DNA from: Hemiscyllium ocellatum
Taxonomy: Eukaryota
Direction of reading: 5' to 3'
Assembly (NCBI RefSeq): GCF_020745735.1
Contig: NC_083419.1
Location: 42,368,085-42,432,084, forward strand
Length of the DNA stretch: 64,000 bases
Numbering within the stretch: position 1 is the first letter of the stretch; every line of letters starts with the position of its first letter. The position numbers and the translations under genes were made by a program. Shown piece by piece: positions 37,080 through 50,669 of the stretch. A model generated the notes under the pieces. The model did not search any database, was not told the origin of the DNA, and was given only the letters and a program-made list of their open reading frames with translations.

Positions 37080-37710
37080 ATGGTGCATGAGCATCGCTGC
37101 ACGGCCAGTGTTTGTTGCACATCCCTAATTACCCTCAAGAGGGAGGCGGTGAGTTGCCTTCTTGAATTGTGCAATTCATTTGGCGTTGGGGTATCCACAG
37201 TGTTGTTAGGGAGAGGGTTCCAGGATTTTGACCCAGCAACAAAGAAGTAACTGTCATGTAGTGTCAAGTCAGGATGGTTTATGGTTTGGAGGAAGCTTGC
37301 AAGCATTGGTGTCCCCATACATCTGCTGCCCTTGTGTGTTGATCTAAGTAGTGGAGGTTGCAGTTTTGGAAAGTTCTGTCTAAGAAGCCTTGGTGAGTTA
37401 TTGCAGTACATAGGTTGGATTCACACTGCTCCGATTCTCGAAGGAAGTGAATCTTTAAATTGATGGATGGAATGTCAATCAAGTAGGCTACTTTGACCTT
37501 GATGGTGTTGAGTTTTTTGAACATTGATTGAGTTGCACTCACCCAGGCAAGTGGAGAGTATTCTGTTACACTCTGATACATGCCTTCTAGATGTTGGAAG
37601 GCTTTAGGGAGTTCCGAGATGAGTAACTTGTTTTAGAATACACAGCTTCTGACCTGCTGTTGTATCCACATTATTTTTATGACTGGCCCAGTTTAATTTC
37701 TGGTCAACCT
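37080..37710 (-). mobile_element. CR1-like LINE 3' fragment (second family)
   Basis: Minus translation SVTEYSPLAW..A; cagctcacc-type 3' end shared with 39230-39390 and 55700-55850. Confidence 0.7.
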
Positions 37711-38431
37711 CTGGTCAAGAAGTTGCCAATTCACCAGTCTCATGTCGTTCTTTTAGCTAAACTGACCAAGGTGAAGGTCTCCCAATGGACATTTGCCTAA
37801 CCTCTGCTTTGTGCTTTCCTCTGATGTGTTGCTAGCAATACAATTTATGCACCGCTGATTTAGGAGTCCTGAATTTTCTGGAGATATGAAATTAAATTAA
37901 CAAATTTATTCAACCTGGCTTTAATAAGGGCTTGAAATCCATATGTTTCCATTTTGAAGATATTGGTTAAATGTACTGTAAGGCCTGAAATGTAAAAACT
38001 AAAAATGTGGGATACTCTCAGGTTAACATTTGATATGTGCTTTACCACCTAACTAAAATAAAACAAAACAGTCACTTTTTATACTGCTTATACTGCTTAC
38101 AGTTGATTCCAAAAAGCTGTAACACAAATTGCAAAGGCCACATCATTCCTGAGTAATTATGTGTGACTGTTGCTAGAGGAAGAATTATGTTGGTTGATTT
38201 TTTAAAAAATTTAACATACCTTTTGTTGTGCTTGAAACATTTTTTTTAATCAAGAAGCTACTTTCTTAATGCTAACTTTTATTAACGCATCTATGAAGCA
38301 CTTTGGGACACTTTGCTATGTTATAGGTGCTATATAAATGCAAATTGTTGTTTTTCACTATTTACCAATAAATACTTAAAAGTTAACAAACATCATTTTC
38401 ATAACAGCTAACTTGTGTGTCCCTCTCTCAG

Positions 38432-38560
38432 AACTCTATTCGGCACAATCTGTCTCTGCATGATATGTTCATACGTCAAACGTCTCATAATGGCAAGATA
38501 TCACACTGGACAATCCGTGCTGAAGCCAACCGCTTCTTGACATTGGACCAGGTTGTTAAG
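38432..38560 (+). CDS. FOXM1: FOXM1 coding exon 4 (forkhead domain, C-terminal half)
   Basis: NSIRHNLSLHDMFIRQTSHNGKISHWTIRAEANRFLTLDQVVK with ctctcag| and |gtgtgt. Confidence 0.96.
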
Positions 38561-40119
38561 GTGTGTTCTCTGTGTATTTTCTAAGAAATAAGCCTTTTGT
38601 GCAGGTGTATGGTTTCTAGTTGAGAGCTGGCTAAGTATCAGATTACTTATCTCAACATTCTGATTGAGTTGTCCTAGATAGTCACTTCACAGTCTGTTTA
38701 ATTATTTTGTTCTATATTCTATGTCGAAATCAAAGAAATTGTTTCACCATGTTAAATAGTAATAGTTGACTTATATCTGGAGTTTTTCTCTATTATCTTG
38801 CAGAGACTAGCTGAACAGTTTCTTCCTTTTGAATTTTGATCTGCAGTTAATATTAAAAATCAAAATAGAGGCTAATTGCATTGCAATAGAAAGGGAAAAA
38901 AGAAATATCCAGTAATTAATATACTTATGTGAGCCAGGCTTACCTATCCAAACACAGATCAAATATGACTTTATAACCAGGATTTTTTTGACTGGAATTC
39001 CAACTCCAGCTTCTCTGCAAAAGAAATGGCATTTTATATTGTCTAATGTTTTAGTCGAATAATACCTGTAAACCAAACATTCAGTGCTGTTGGTAAACTA
39101 GGTTACTCCATCCATGTTCCTGTCATATCAACTTATGCTCCAAAATTCTTGAATTTAGTATTTCAGATTTGTTATCATTGAGGCTTTGCATGAATATCAT
39201 GTGACAGGCACAGGCAAAACAAAGATTGAGCACTGAAGGAGACCATACCCTCCCTAACGCCACTGTGCGTCAACCTACAGCATGTGGACTTCAGTGATTT
39301 AAGATGTCAGCTCACCACCATCTTATCAAGGGTAGCTAGAAATGGACAATAAACGCTAACTGGCCAGTGGTGCCCACGTCCCATGAGCGAATATTTTTAA
39401 AAATCAGTCTGTCATGTCCACGTATCTCTCTGCAACAGCCAGTTAACTAGTACCTCTCCTCTGCCCTTTCTTTGTTGTCCAGTAAATATTTTCCCTTCAA
39501 ATGCTTTTGAAACATGTAATTAAATCTTCAACAATCTCTGTCAGGTACTCCATTTCCGATTCTAGCTACTTGCTATGTGAAGATTTTTCCTGATATCGCC
39601 AATGGTTCTTTTGCCAAACACTTTAAGTCAATGACAGCTTAAATGTGTGCCCTGCAGTTCTCAACCCTTTGAGCATTGGAAACAGCTTCTCTCCATCTGT
39701 TCAGTCCAGGTCCCCTCTTGATTTTGAACACCTCTATCAAATCCCCTTAATCTGTTCGAATTAAAACAACCTCAGGCTCTTCAATCTATTGAAGTAACTG
39801 AAGTTCTTCATCCATGGAGTTATTTTCATAAGTGTCTATGGTATTTACTTACAGAATAACAGTAATTACATTTAAAAGGACATTCACTAGCTGTAAGGCA
39901 ATAAGGATGTCCTGAGCACTTGAAAAGATTTATATATCCGTTCTTCTTGATGTTCTTACAGAAAGAGATAGTTGTATGAGTGCTGCGTTTATTGAACTCA
40001 GTAAAAATACCCAGTTGCTGGGAGGCACTTTATTCCAACATGATGTGAACATTTTTAAACAATTTATACATGCATTTTAACTTTCAACACTTCTCATTCT
40101 TGATTGACATTTCATGCAG

Positions 40120-40188
40120 TCATCGGATTACAGCCCAACTGACCAAACCCATTGGATCCAAGCAGTGCCTGTGCTGGTCTGTCAACAA
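40120..40188 (+). CDS. FOXM1: FOXM1 candidate cassette exon at the position of mammalian exon Va (SSDYSPTDQTHWIQAVPVLVCQQ)
   Basis: ttcatgcag| 69 nt open in phase 0 |gtaaga; lies between the LDQVVK and QQKR exons; contains an SP motif. Confidence 0.65.
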
Positions 40189-41051
40189 GTAAGACCTATA
40201 TGCTCTTGGCAGCATCTTGTCACCTTTTTGTGTTGATCTCTGTTTAGCTGGCAGGGAGAAGGAGATATTACTATTGTTGATATTTGAACCAAGACATCTA
40301 TAATCTCAGCTTTTATTTCTCTTTGTTGGCATAATCCCATATTTAAAACTGAATGCATTAATTACTTTTCTTGGTCTCTGTTCCACTGTTGCTTTGAACA
40401 ATGCTTTACCTATGCTTTATAGGTAAATATTGACTTCATAATCAGGATTGTTTTGCTTGTTTTTGACTCTTGATTTCTCTGGGAAGCACAAATGGCATAT
40501 GATTGTATTAATAAGACCACAGGACCGTGACTGCAAATGGGTGGAAAAGAATCAAAGAAAAAGGCAATTAACAGGGAAACTAAGTGAATAAAAAGAGAAG
40601 GGAAATAACGGATTAAAATATTCCAAAGTAAGACAAGTGAAATTTAGGAAATATGATCTTATAGAAAGGACCCAGAGAGCAAGAAGGAAATATCGCAGAG
40701 GGTGTGGATCAAGGAAGCAAAAATAATGTTAAGCAAGGAAAAATATTTGGAACATTCCTTGTGTTACATTTCATACTTTAAAGGGAACATACTGGCTAGT
40801 GGACATTTGATGAATTACTGCCTGTAAATTGAAGACTGTGCAATATTATAAAATGAATTAATCAGAGGTACCTAAACCATGGATTCAGCTATTAGTGTTC
40901 AGTAGCATCAAATATTTATAGTTTTAAAAGGGTTTCAGTGTCATTGTATGTCATCTGCCTCTGCAGAAGCAATGTGCAGTGTTTACTAATCTTGTGTTTA
41001 TGAAAATAAGCATGATTTAATATTTTTTTGGTTTAATCTGTTTAATTTTAG

Positions 41052-41109
41052 CAACAAAAGCGAACTGGTACCACTGAACTACCAAAAAGTAATGTTGCTA
41101 CCAGCACAG
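41052..41109 (+). CDS. FOXM1: FOXM1 coding exon (QQKRTGTTELPKSNVATST)
   Basis: ttttag|CAACAAAAGCGA...ACAG|gtatgt; corresponds to the human QQKRPNPEL exon; ends in phase 1. Confidence 0.88.
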
Positions 41110-41925
41110 GTATGTGAAAAAGTAGCAGTTCTGATAAATGTGAACTTTAATTTTGAAAAAGTTCATACAGCTGCTGAAGAGATAGGATCATCTGACATTA
41201 ACTCCATGCCATATTTGGTACTGGTTCATTCTGTATTAAAGAGATGAATCGTTTTTCCATAACCTAATTTTATTTGGTTTTGTCACACACCCATGTAAGG
41301 GGAAAATCCTACAGAACACACCAACCTATTTTAAGGGGTCTGTTTTCTGTTGTAATTTTTTTTATCAGCCTGATCAAACATGTTAATACATATCTCCAGG
41401 CAGATGGGACATGAATCTAGACCTTCTGACCCAGAGGCAGGGACACTACCACGGCAGCATAGTTTTCCATTGTAAATGTACCTAGGATTGAATAATGGCT
41501 TGTTTAATTATTGCTGTAGTATTTAAATGATTGATCTGCTTCCCTCAAATCGATTGTTCATCTACCCCTCATTCCAACTCTGTTAAAACTGGAAGTCAGG
41601 GGTTCAGCTCCTACACTAGATGTTAAGCATTTCCAGTATGACCTCAAACCACCTAATTTGAATTAAGTTTCAACAAATATTTATAGATTTTTGGATTTAA
41701 ATCATGTCCCCAACCCAGTGCTGCAATTTTCAGTTTGACTATATCATTTCAATGATTGTATTCAGTTCCTCACACTTTTGAGCTCCGTTGCTGCTTCCAT
41801 TGTTATTATTCTGATTTAGAGCTGAATTAGATCAAATCCCATAATCTTTAACACTAGAGCAGAGATGGTGAGTCACATTTTAATAGGCCTATTTGATAAA
41901 TTGTTTTCATGACTTTTTTGTACAG

Positions 41926-42125
41926 AAGTTAATCTGAGAAAGATGAAACCATTGCTGCCACGGACTGACTCCTACCTGGTACCCATTCAGTTGCCGGTCA
42001 GCTCCTCCCTCATCCTACAGCCATCTCCTCACATCACCCTACCAACAATCCAGGGGCACCGTTCTTCAACTAGCAGCAGTAACGAGTTGGCTAGGAAGCG
42101 CAAGCGTGTTCGGATTGCACCAAAG
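41926..42125 (+). CDS. FOXM1: FOXM1 coding exon (RKMKPLLPR...RKRVRIAPK)
   Basis: tgtacag|AA GTT AAT CTG AGA AAG ATG AAA CCA...; RKMKPLLPRTDSYLVPIQ and KRVRIAPK|gtaatg are conserved FOXM1 motifs. Confidence 0.95.
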
Positions 42126-43019
42126 GTAATGTTCTTTCTAATGTGGTTCATTCCTCTGGGGCACTCAAACAGTCATCAGGTCAGCCAACGCATTCCTACA
42201 AATCTCTGGTTGGATTAGTTTTTTATCATCCTAAAATTAGCTCCAGGGATCAGCTAACTCTGACAGACTGCTGTACACATTTTTAGCTGTACCTGTTAAG
42301 ACATTCTGTAATATTAAACTCTAAGCATCTTTTAGCCACTTCAGCTTCATAGCCAACTTTCCAAATGGAGTGAAATATTCTTCAACTCTGTGCACTTAGA
42401 CATGTTTAATTAAGGTTTTTACTTGAATCTAATATCACAGTGGAATCAGAACTCTCCCTTGAACTACGATTTCTTTTTCCTTTACTTTAAGCGTTTCTCT
42501 TACCATGTAATATTTTCTTAACCCTCTCCTTCTGCTCTGCCTATCTTTCTCTTTCCCTCCTTCTCTCTCTCCCCCCTCTACCTCTACTCTTGCTGTCGCA
42601 CACACATTGTCACCTCTCGCTTGTCTGTTTCCCATTAACCCACCTCAGTGTTAATTTTTATCTGATTAAACATGTGAAGTGTGGTGAGATCTCCAACCAT
42701 TTCTTGACATCCTATGGAGTGATTCAGACTGGTATCTGTGATGCTGGAAACATTGGAGAATGCCTCAATGGATCATCCATTCAAGACTTCTGACTGAAGA
42801 TTGCTACAAATAGTTCAGCCCTACCTTTTGCACTGATTTGTTTGGCTCTTGCAACATTGAGAATGAGGCTATTTGTGCAGCCTCTTCCTCTAATGAGTTG
42901 GTTAGTTGTCCACCACCAATCACAACTGGATGTGGCAGGGCGGCAGAGCTTGGATCTGCTCCATTGTTTGTGGATTGCTTAGTTCTGTCTATCACTACCT
43001 GCTTATGCTGTTGGCATGC

Positions 43020-43895
43020 AAATAGGTGTAGTGGACAGTGAAGAAGGTTACCTCCGAGCACAACAAGATCTTGATCAGATTGGCCAATGGGCTTAGAAGT
43101 GGCAGATGGAGTTTAATTTAGATAAATATGAGGTGCTGCATTTCGGAAAGGCAAATCAGGGCAGGACTTCTACACTTGATGGTAAGGTCCTGGGGAGTGT
43201 TGCTGAACAAAGAGTCCTTGGAGTGTAGGTTGAAAGTTTTTTGAAAGTGGAGTTGCAGCTAGATAGGATAATGAAGAAGGCATTTGTTATACTTTCCTTT
43301 GTTGATCATAGCATCGAGTATAGGAGTTGGGAGGTCACATAGTGGCTGTACAGGACATTGGGTCGGCCACTTTGGAGTATTGCATGCAATTCTGGTCTCC
43401 TTCCTATTGGAAGGATGTTGTGAAACTTGAAAGGGTTAAGAAAAGATTTATGAGGATGTTGCCAGAGTTGGAGTGTTTGAGCTATAGGGAGAGGCTGAAC
43501 AGGCTGGGGCTGGAGGCTGATGGGGTGAGCTTATAGAGATTTACAAAATCATTAGGGGCAAGGATAGAGTAAATAAGCAACATCCTTTCCCTGGAGTGGG
43601 GGAAATCCAAAACTAGGGGGCATAGGTTTAAGGTAAGAGGGGCAAGATATAAAAGGGAACTGAGAGGCAACTTTCTCACACAGAGGGTGATGCATGGATG
43701 GAATGAGCTGCCAGAGGAAGTGGTGGAGGCTAGTACAACATTTAAAACACATCTGGATGGGTATACGAATAGGAAGGGTTTAGAGAGAAATGGACCAAAT
43801 GCTGGCAAATGGGACTAGATTAATTTAGGATATTTCATTGGAATGGATGAATTGGACCTAAGAGTCTGTTTCTATGCTGTATATCTCTATGACTC
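43020..43895 (+). mobile_element. CR1 LINE 3' fragment in the last FOXM1 intron (preceded by an antisense CR1-like piece at about 42810-43020)
   Basis: KWQMEFNLDK, LEYCMQFWSP, ERLNRLGL, CR1 3' UTR. Confidence 0.88.
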
Positions 43896-44018
43896 TGTTT
43901 ATTTACATTAAAAATAAAAATGTTAAGCAAAGTTTTATTTTTCAGAAGAAGATGTAACACTGCCCTTGAACATGGATGATTTCAAAGTATTTAGTCTTTT
44001 TTGTGCTTTCTTTTTAAG

Positions 44019-44867
44019 GTTCCAAATGAGAGTCTGAGTTGTAATCATCCTGCAACCTCAATAAAGAATACTGAGAAACTGATGCTGATTCCACCAATTC
44101 CTCCAGTTACTGATATTCATGAGAATTCTGCAGCAGCAAAACCCAATGAGGTCTCCAAGGAGAGCAGTTCCAGGCGAAAGCAGAGACATGTTCTTCAGCC
44201 TGTGGAGGAACCTGTTCTTCTGTTCCCAGAAGCCAGTGAGTCCATGGCAGAAAGTGGACTAGATTTGGGTTTTGTGTCTGGTTTCAATGAGTCTAGAACC
44301 TTGGACCAGTGCTCAGATTTTGCAAGCACCACAATAGACTATAACTTCAAAACGCCCATTAAAGAGAAGCCCCATGATCTACCTTCCTCATCAACCCCCA
44401 GTAAAGGCACCAGTGAGAGCTCTCCAGTTAATGTAGCAAACAGCTGGAAGATTGCACTGACCCCTTTGAAAAAAGACGACAACCTATTTGAGTTCAGTCC
44501 CGTGAGGACACCATGTGGTTCCTTCCTAACACCCTTGCGCAATAACACAGGATACCTGAGTTTTAGTAGTACACCATTTAAGGACTTTGCTCTCTTTGAG
44601 TCACCACGAGAACTCTTGAACTCACCAGTTAAGGATCTTGTGTCTGACACAGGATTCTCCCCTCTTTCAGAGGGCAATTCTGGAAGGTGTTCTCGAGAAC
44701 TTCAGATAAATGCAAACACCAAAGCTTTGACTGAAGGCTTGGTCTTAGACACCCTCAATGACAGTCTTAGTAAAATATTACTGGACATTAGCTTCACTGG
44801 CCTGGAAGATGAGGATTACGAACTTGAGAATATGAGCTGGTCAACACTAATTCCAGAACTGAGATAA
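44019..44867 (+). CDS. FOXM1: FOXM1 last coding exon (CDK-site region and transactivation domain)
   Basis: SSRRKQ, FKTPIK, SSTPSK, LTPLK, FSPVRTP, LTEGLVLDTLNDSLSKILLDISF...SWSTLIPELR*. Spliced CDS from 25673 totals 2238 nt (745 aa with the 69-nt cassette, 722 without). Confidence 0.96.
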   Translation, partial: VPNESLSCNHPATSIKNTEKLMLIPPIPPVTDIHENSAAAKPNEVSKESSSRRKQRHVLQPVEEPVLLFPEASESMAESGLDLGFVSGFNESRTLDQCSDFASTTIDYNFKTPIKEKPHDLPSSSTPSKGTSESSPVNVANSWKIALTPLKKDDNLFEFSPVRTPCGSFLTPLRNNTGYLSFSSTPFKDFALFESPRELLNSPVKDLVSDTGFSPLSEGNSGRCSRELQINANTKALTEGLVLDTLNDSLSKILLDISFTGLEDEDYELENMSWSTLIPELR

Positions 44868-45155
44868 TTCATTTTGTGAGGAAAGGAGTTTTGCTGCTTA
44901 AATTATTTTTATTCTTGATGTTAATACCATTTCATGTTCAAACTGGTGTAGCTATCAAGTTAGAATTAGAAACACCTTTTTGGACTAAACCCTTTGGCAA
45001 AATTTCAGGTTATTTTTTGAAGTCATCAATTCCTTGTGTCTGTATCTATAGGTATTTAGTTCCTCACCCAACTGGACTGTGCTTATTGTAACTGGATTAA
45101 TCACTGTTCATATATACAATCCTTTGCACGTGTCTGCCATACTGTGTATTGATTT

Positions 45156-45191
<36 letters not shown>
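45156..45191 (+). repeat. Compound (TG)n(GA)n microsatellite in the FOXM1 3' UTR
   Basis: About 12 TG units followed by about 6 GA units. Confidence 0.95.
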
Positions 45192-48100
45192 TTTGCCCGC
45201 GTGTGAGTGCACATACTGTCTTTGCTGCTGCTTTATCTTCCTGGATACAGGACATTCGGCCACTTTTAAAGGCCTTGAGATCTCCCGAGCACTGCATTTC
45301 TGATGATAGTCAGCAGATTTCTTGATTCTGACTACAGATTTTCTTATTTCTTGGTGTCTCCTCAGGGAATGTCAGAAAGTTTTGTAAATTGTACTTGTAA
45401 ATATATTTTTAAAAATGTCAAAAGAGAAATATGAAGGGGAATATAAGCCTTGTAATGCTTAGGGAGAGGAGAATGTGACTTTCTTAATTTCAGTGAAGGT
45501 CTGATCTTAACTGAAGCTTGTTGTCCATTTAATAAGATATGAGATGATGCAGGCAAGTCATGGTTGATCAGTGTTGATTTAAATTGTCCACCTTTGATGT
45601 ATCTTCGCAATTGACATTAATATTGACATATAGCAGCTGGCGACATTCAGCTCCAGCCCAAGAGTTTTTAATAGAAAACGTTGGAAATTAGTCAGTATCT
45701 GACTAGTTAACAATTTGGGTGTAATCAGAACTGCCAAAGATGCAAAATTTTTCCAGATTTTTCATTATTTCAAATTTCTAATTCTTGCAATTTGTTTTTC
45801 CTTCATGTACTCTAATTTCCAGGAAGAAAGCAACACTTTGTACCTTTATCGGCTTTATTTTTCTTGACAGATACCTGTTCACTAGATCAAGTCCCTTCTA
45901 CCTGACCAGTGAATCCACATTCTTCTGTGTATTGCTACGTAGCTTGCATATCATCTTGTTACAAATATTGAAGTATTCACTTAAATGTGCGAAGTTTGGG
46001 TTTGGTGTTCAAAACATGATGTATTTCAGATTAAATGTGATACTGATACTGAATGTGAACTATTCCTTTCTGTGACATACTTTTTAAAAAGATGAATAAC
46101 TGAACAGAATTCTAAAATTCAGCATAAAGGCTCTACAATAACAGCTACAAATTTGGAATTTGGAATCTACACTATACTGCAGTTTTAAACTAACCAAGAG
46201 CTTGAGCTTGCATCCTTATGTTTCCAAGTTACTTGCTGTTGACTTCCTACTTTAGCAAATACGAAAATTCTCTCTCAGCTAAGGCCCTTCACTGTTCATC
46301 AATCACATATCTGTAGTCCACTTTCAACCAGTTGATGGTTTATCACATAAACTAATTTAAGTGGTTTGGCATCCTTCTTTCGGAAACCCCAATGGTACTA
46401 CCTTCATTAACTATTCTTTGACAGATTTTTTTACTCATCAATCAATGTTAGGTTTGAGACTTAACAATTAATCCAGCAACAACTACTGTTTGCAGAACTG
46501 AGTTCCAAAGTTCTACCACTTTTGTCTTCTAAATTCACTTCTGAAAAGTCTGTCTCTAAACTTTAGACTATGGTTCCTATCCTAGATTCCCCAATGACCA
46601 AAATTGTTTATCTCTTGTATCTATTCCCTTTAATATTTTGAAAACATCAATCAGATCACCCATTCAGTTCTTCTGGGATTTGGAGACTAATTTGTGCAAT
46701 CTTTCCTCATAATGTAAGTTTCCAGTAGCATTCCAAAACTTTATGCTGCATCACTCCAAGTGCTACATATCATGATATGGTAACCAGCACTGTGGTGTAA
46801 CCAGAAAATTGCACAGCTGAAGAACTCTGCATTCTAATATATTTTTATTTTCTTGGCAATTATTTTCTGCACAATTTGCATTCTGCTTGATATTTTATGT
46901 ATTAGTTGCTCATTATAAATCTCTTATTTACATTTTAATCAGAATTTTATTTTAATCATTGATTTGGATACTCTTTCTTTCTCTCATGGGTATAATATCT
47001 TAACTGTGCCATCACTTTGCATGCATTTCATTGTTCATTAAAAGGTTTATTTATACCAATAGTTGCTTCCTATCTCCTGAGCCAGCTCACTTAAATTAGT
47101 CCTCTTCACTTTGACTATTCGCTTGATTCAAAAAACAAAATACTGCAAATGCTGGAAACGAGAAATAAGAACAAATTGTCCTCGGAGAGAGGAGCAGATT
47201 TATGCGGCAAGATTTTACCAACACATCTGATCGCCACCTCAATCAGAATTGCATTCATAGGTAGGCAGTGGAACCTTTCTCCTAATTTTATGGGTGACAG
47301 CTCATAAGAAGTTGCTGCAGCCTAATTGGAGTCAAACAGCTCAGCATCACAATCAGGAATAGTGGCCAAAGAAGGGGTGACACAGGTGTCTTGCAGCATT
47401 GAGGAGGTACTTTGAAAAGTAATGATTCAAGGAAACCCCTTTGAGGAAATAGTGGGGACTGTGCATGGCCCTCTCTAAGGTTCTGTAGAACAATCCCCAC
47501 CAGGCCAGCACTGGGTGGCTGCCTGCAGTCAGCTAGAAATGGCCTATACCTATTCAAATTGGCTTCCCTCCTGCTTGTAGCTGGGAAACCAATCTGCAGG
47601 AGCTCCCTATGATTTTACCAAATTCCCCACTTTGATTTTATTTTTCTCATCTGTATTTAGATAACTGAAGTTCCTAACCATTACAAGTCCTAATATTTTT
47701 AATTTCCTGAAATTTACTGCAGATTTCCCTTTCCCAATACCTAGTGTTCTATAATATACACCCAAAAAATGTTTTTAAATCATCTAGCACATTATCCTTC
47801 CCAGAACTACAACACTTTATAGTAGTACCATTTCTGCCATCTTGTATTTTTTCCTTTTCAATCCCTCCTGAATACATGAAATGGTCACATGCAGGTTTTC
47901 TTGTGAAGGGGAGACCAGGAACTTACTGTGCAGCAAGCTTCACTTTTATAGCTGGAATGTGAAGTTTCCAATTTCCTTCTTAATTGAGGAAAGCTTCCAT
48001 ATCTCCATCTGGACAGTTATGCATGGAGTTTACCAATCTTATTTCTCAACCCCTGCATTTATGTAATCCTGCATCAGTCTAGTTTGCATTTCTCTCCTGT

Positions 48101-50669
48101 TTGATTACAGTTTTCTGAATTATGGTTTATGTTTAATGCTGCTTGTTTTTACCAATTGTCAACGCTTCTTGTGTCTTTGACACTTTGCCATGATTTTTCT
48201 TTTCCTGTCCATAAAATTTAGAACTTACCCCACAACACAAAGTAACCTTCCCTTTGTGGACATTTATCTCAGCCCTGATCAGATGCAACCTGTGTGTTTT
48301 TGCAAAACCCTCCTGTATCTAAATGGGTCTCAATGCTTTGGGAATCTGTAGCCCTCCCTTCCTTCTGTATCATTTCTATCTTACCCTTTTCAATATATGC
48401 TCTACATGCTTCTGATTCTATTAAAAACTCTGTCAGTAAATCTGCAATTATTTTCAGTTAAGTCTTGATCTCACTTCTTTCAAGCAAGGTCTGTGGACAA
48501 AAGATTATCTAATACCCCTGAAAAAAATCTAATATTTTACAGTGCATAAACTGTCAGGGTGAAATGTTTCTGAAGACGCCCACATTCTGGTGTGATGTTC
48601 ATTAACGTTAGGCTAAGTATTCTACATCTCTTGTTGCTCTATCATTCACCGCTTGAAGATGCTTTCATTTACATTCTTTCCTTTGAGGAAACGTTGGCCT
48701 GTGCATCAAGAGGCAGTTTGAAATTCCTGGGAAGAATGGTTTTTCCTGCACAAACTATTGGAAGGGTGTTAGCTCTAGGTTGAATTTGCTGATTATCTGT
48801 GCATTCTCTAATGCTTAGCCGGTAAGATGTTTCTTTTCATAAATTGGGACATTCAGAAGTTCCTGTGCAGTCAAGCAATGGGCTTTCCTTTCATAGAAGG
48901 ACTTATTAAAATGCTGAACCAGGCAACTGGTGAAGAGGAGCATTTGGCTCTTGCCAAAGCGATTCCGTTACAATGATGCTAGTAGAAATGATTAACTGAC
49001 AGGACAATTTGTAATCTTTGCATTTTTTCTTATACCACGTATTGTGCTTTGGAGGCTCTTCAATACAATGTTGGCATGAAGTTTTTTTTTGTCTTTGTGA
49101 TGCAATCATGATAGTGATATCAGGATCAAAACCACTTTGAAATTGTTATAGGTTGCATCAACTAACAAGACCGTTGGCTCATCCTGTACTCCTTACTGCT
49201 GTCAGTCAAAGATGAATTGATCTCTGTGCTTAACCACAGAAATCATATTTTCAAAGGACAGCGTTAACTATGTTTTCTTTAAAAAAAAGAGTTGTGATCT
49301 GCTTCTGCTTTGCATCCCAAAAAGGGGCCTATTAGTGTACCACTGAAACTCATTTCTCTGACTCCATGCAAATCTGAATTTTAATGGCTATTAGTTTGGC
49401 TGCTAAACATCCATACAGCTGAATCACTAGATCATGCAACAGCAACGATAGTTGTAAATTATGAACAATACAGTTTTTCCACCATGCAGTTCATGTAAAT
49501 ATATTTCAGAATAACCTACCTGTAAATGTTTCAGATTCTCTTAATGCACCTTAATAAAACGAATACAATCTGTGCCTCAGACATGCAATCTCAATATAAG
49601 CAGCACATTGTGAAAGTGTGTGTACTTGGTATATTGGCTGCTGTACAGCAATCAAATGTCAATAAATAAAAACTTCATTTGAATTATAGTACGTTTTATA
49701 GTACTTTATTTATCTAGTATCTACTTTTATCTAGTACTTGATTTAGTACGTTTTGTAACTACATTGCACTGCACCTTTTTACATCGTGCAAGTTCTGTAA
49801 TTTTCATTCTCCAATATATGAATGCTATTTCCAGTGAGGATTTCACTTCTGTTGTCTGGAATGATATTTCATAAGAGAACAGAAATGCCCTCCAAACATT
49901 TGTGGTGAAATTAATACCTTTATTGCAACAGTACTCCTTCAGATACAGGATGTCTGGTTATTTTATTTTCACCAACATCTGCCTTTAATGTCAGTGGACT
50001 AATAATACAGACCCAAATAATGCCCTTGGGATTTTTGTTCAAATCTCTCCATACTAGCTGGAATTTCAATAATAAAACAAAAAATTGAAAAGCTAGTCTC
50101 GGTTATGGTGAAATTAGTATTGACAGATTTTTAAATGTCAATCTGCTTCCCCCATTCATCCTTTAGGGAAAGAAATCTGCTGTCTGCCCCTTCTCAGACC
50201 TACATGCGATTCCTTGTACCCAGCAGTGTGGTTACTTCAGAACTGCCCTCCAAAATCCCAGGATTGTTGGTGAGAAGTATTATAATTATCATAGAAGGCT
50301 CCTCAAGACAGTTAAGGATGGGAGACCAATTCTGGCTATGCCACTGCTCCTCTCATTCTGTGAAAGAATAAAACTCTTTATGTTTTAACAATTTTGTTTC
50401 ATGGAAACAATCTAGCCAAAACTAATTCATAATAATAAAATCATATATAAGTGTGAACACATTTCACAATAGTGTGATAATGGATGTGAAAATGTCTATT
50501 CATTTGAATATTGAACATCAGTAGTTTCAATTATAGTATTGACGTTCTAAAGTTGGGTTAAGTCCAGAGAAATTGGTGATGGCTGGGTAGGTCTCTGTAA
50601 GTAATGGGATTAATTTGAAATAGGTAAAAGACAAAAAATGTTTTGTTGGAACTAGAAAGTAAATTTTTT

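Noticed and set aside
38804-38839. Good acceptor (tcttgcag) as an alternative FOXM1 exon Va
   Set aside because: In-frame TGA after 11 codons and no strong donor; 40120-40188 fits better.
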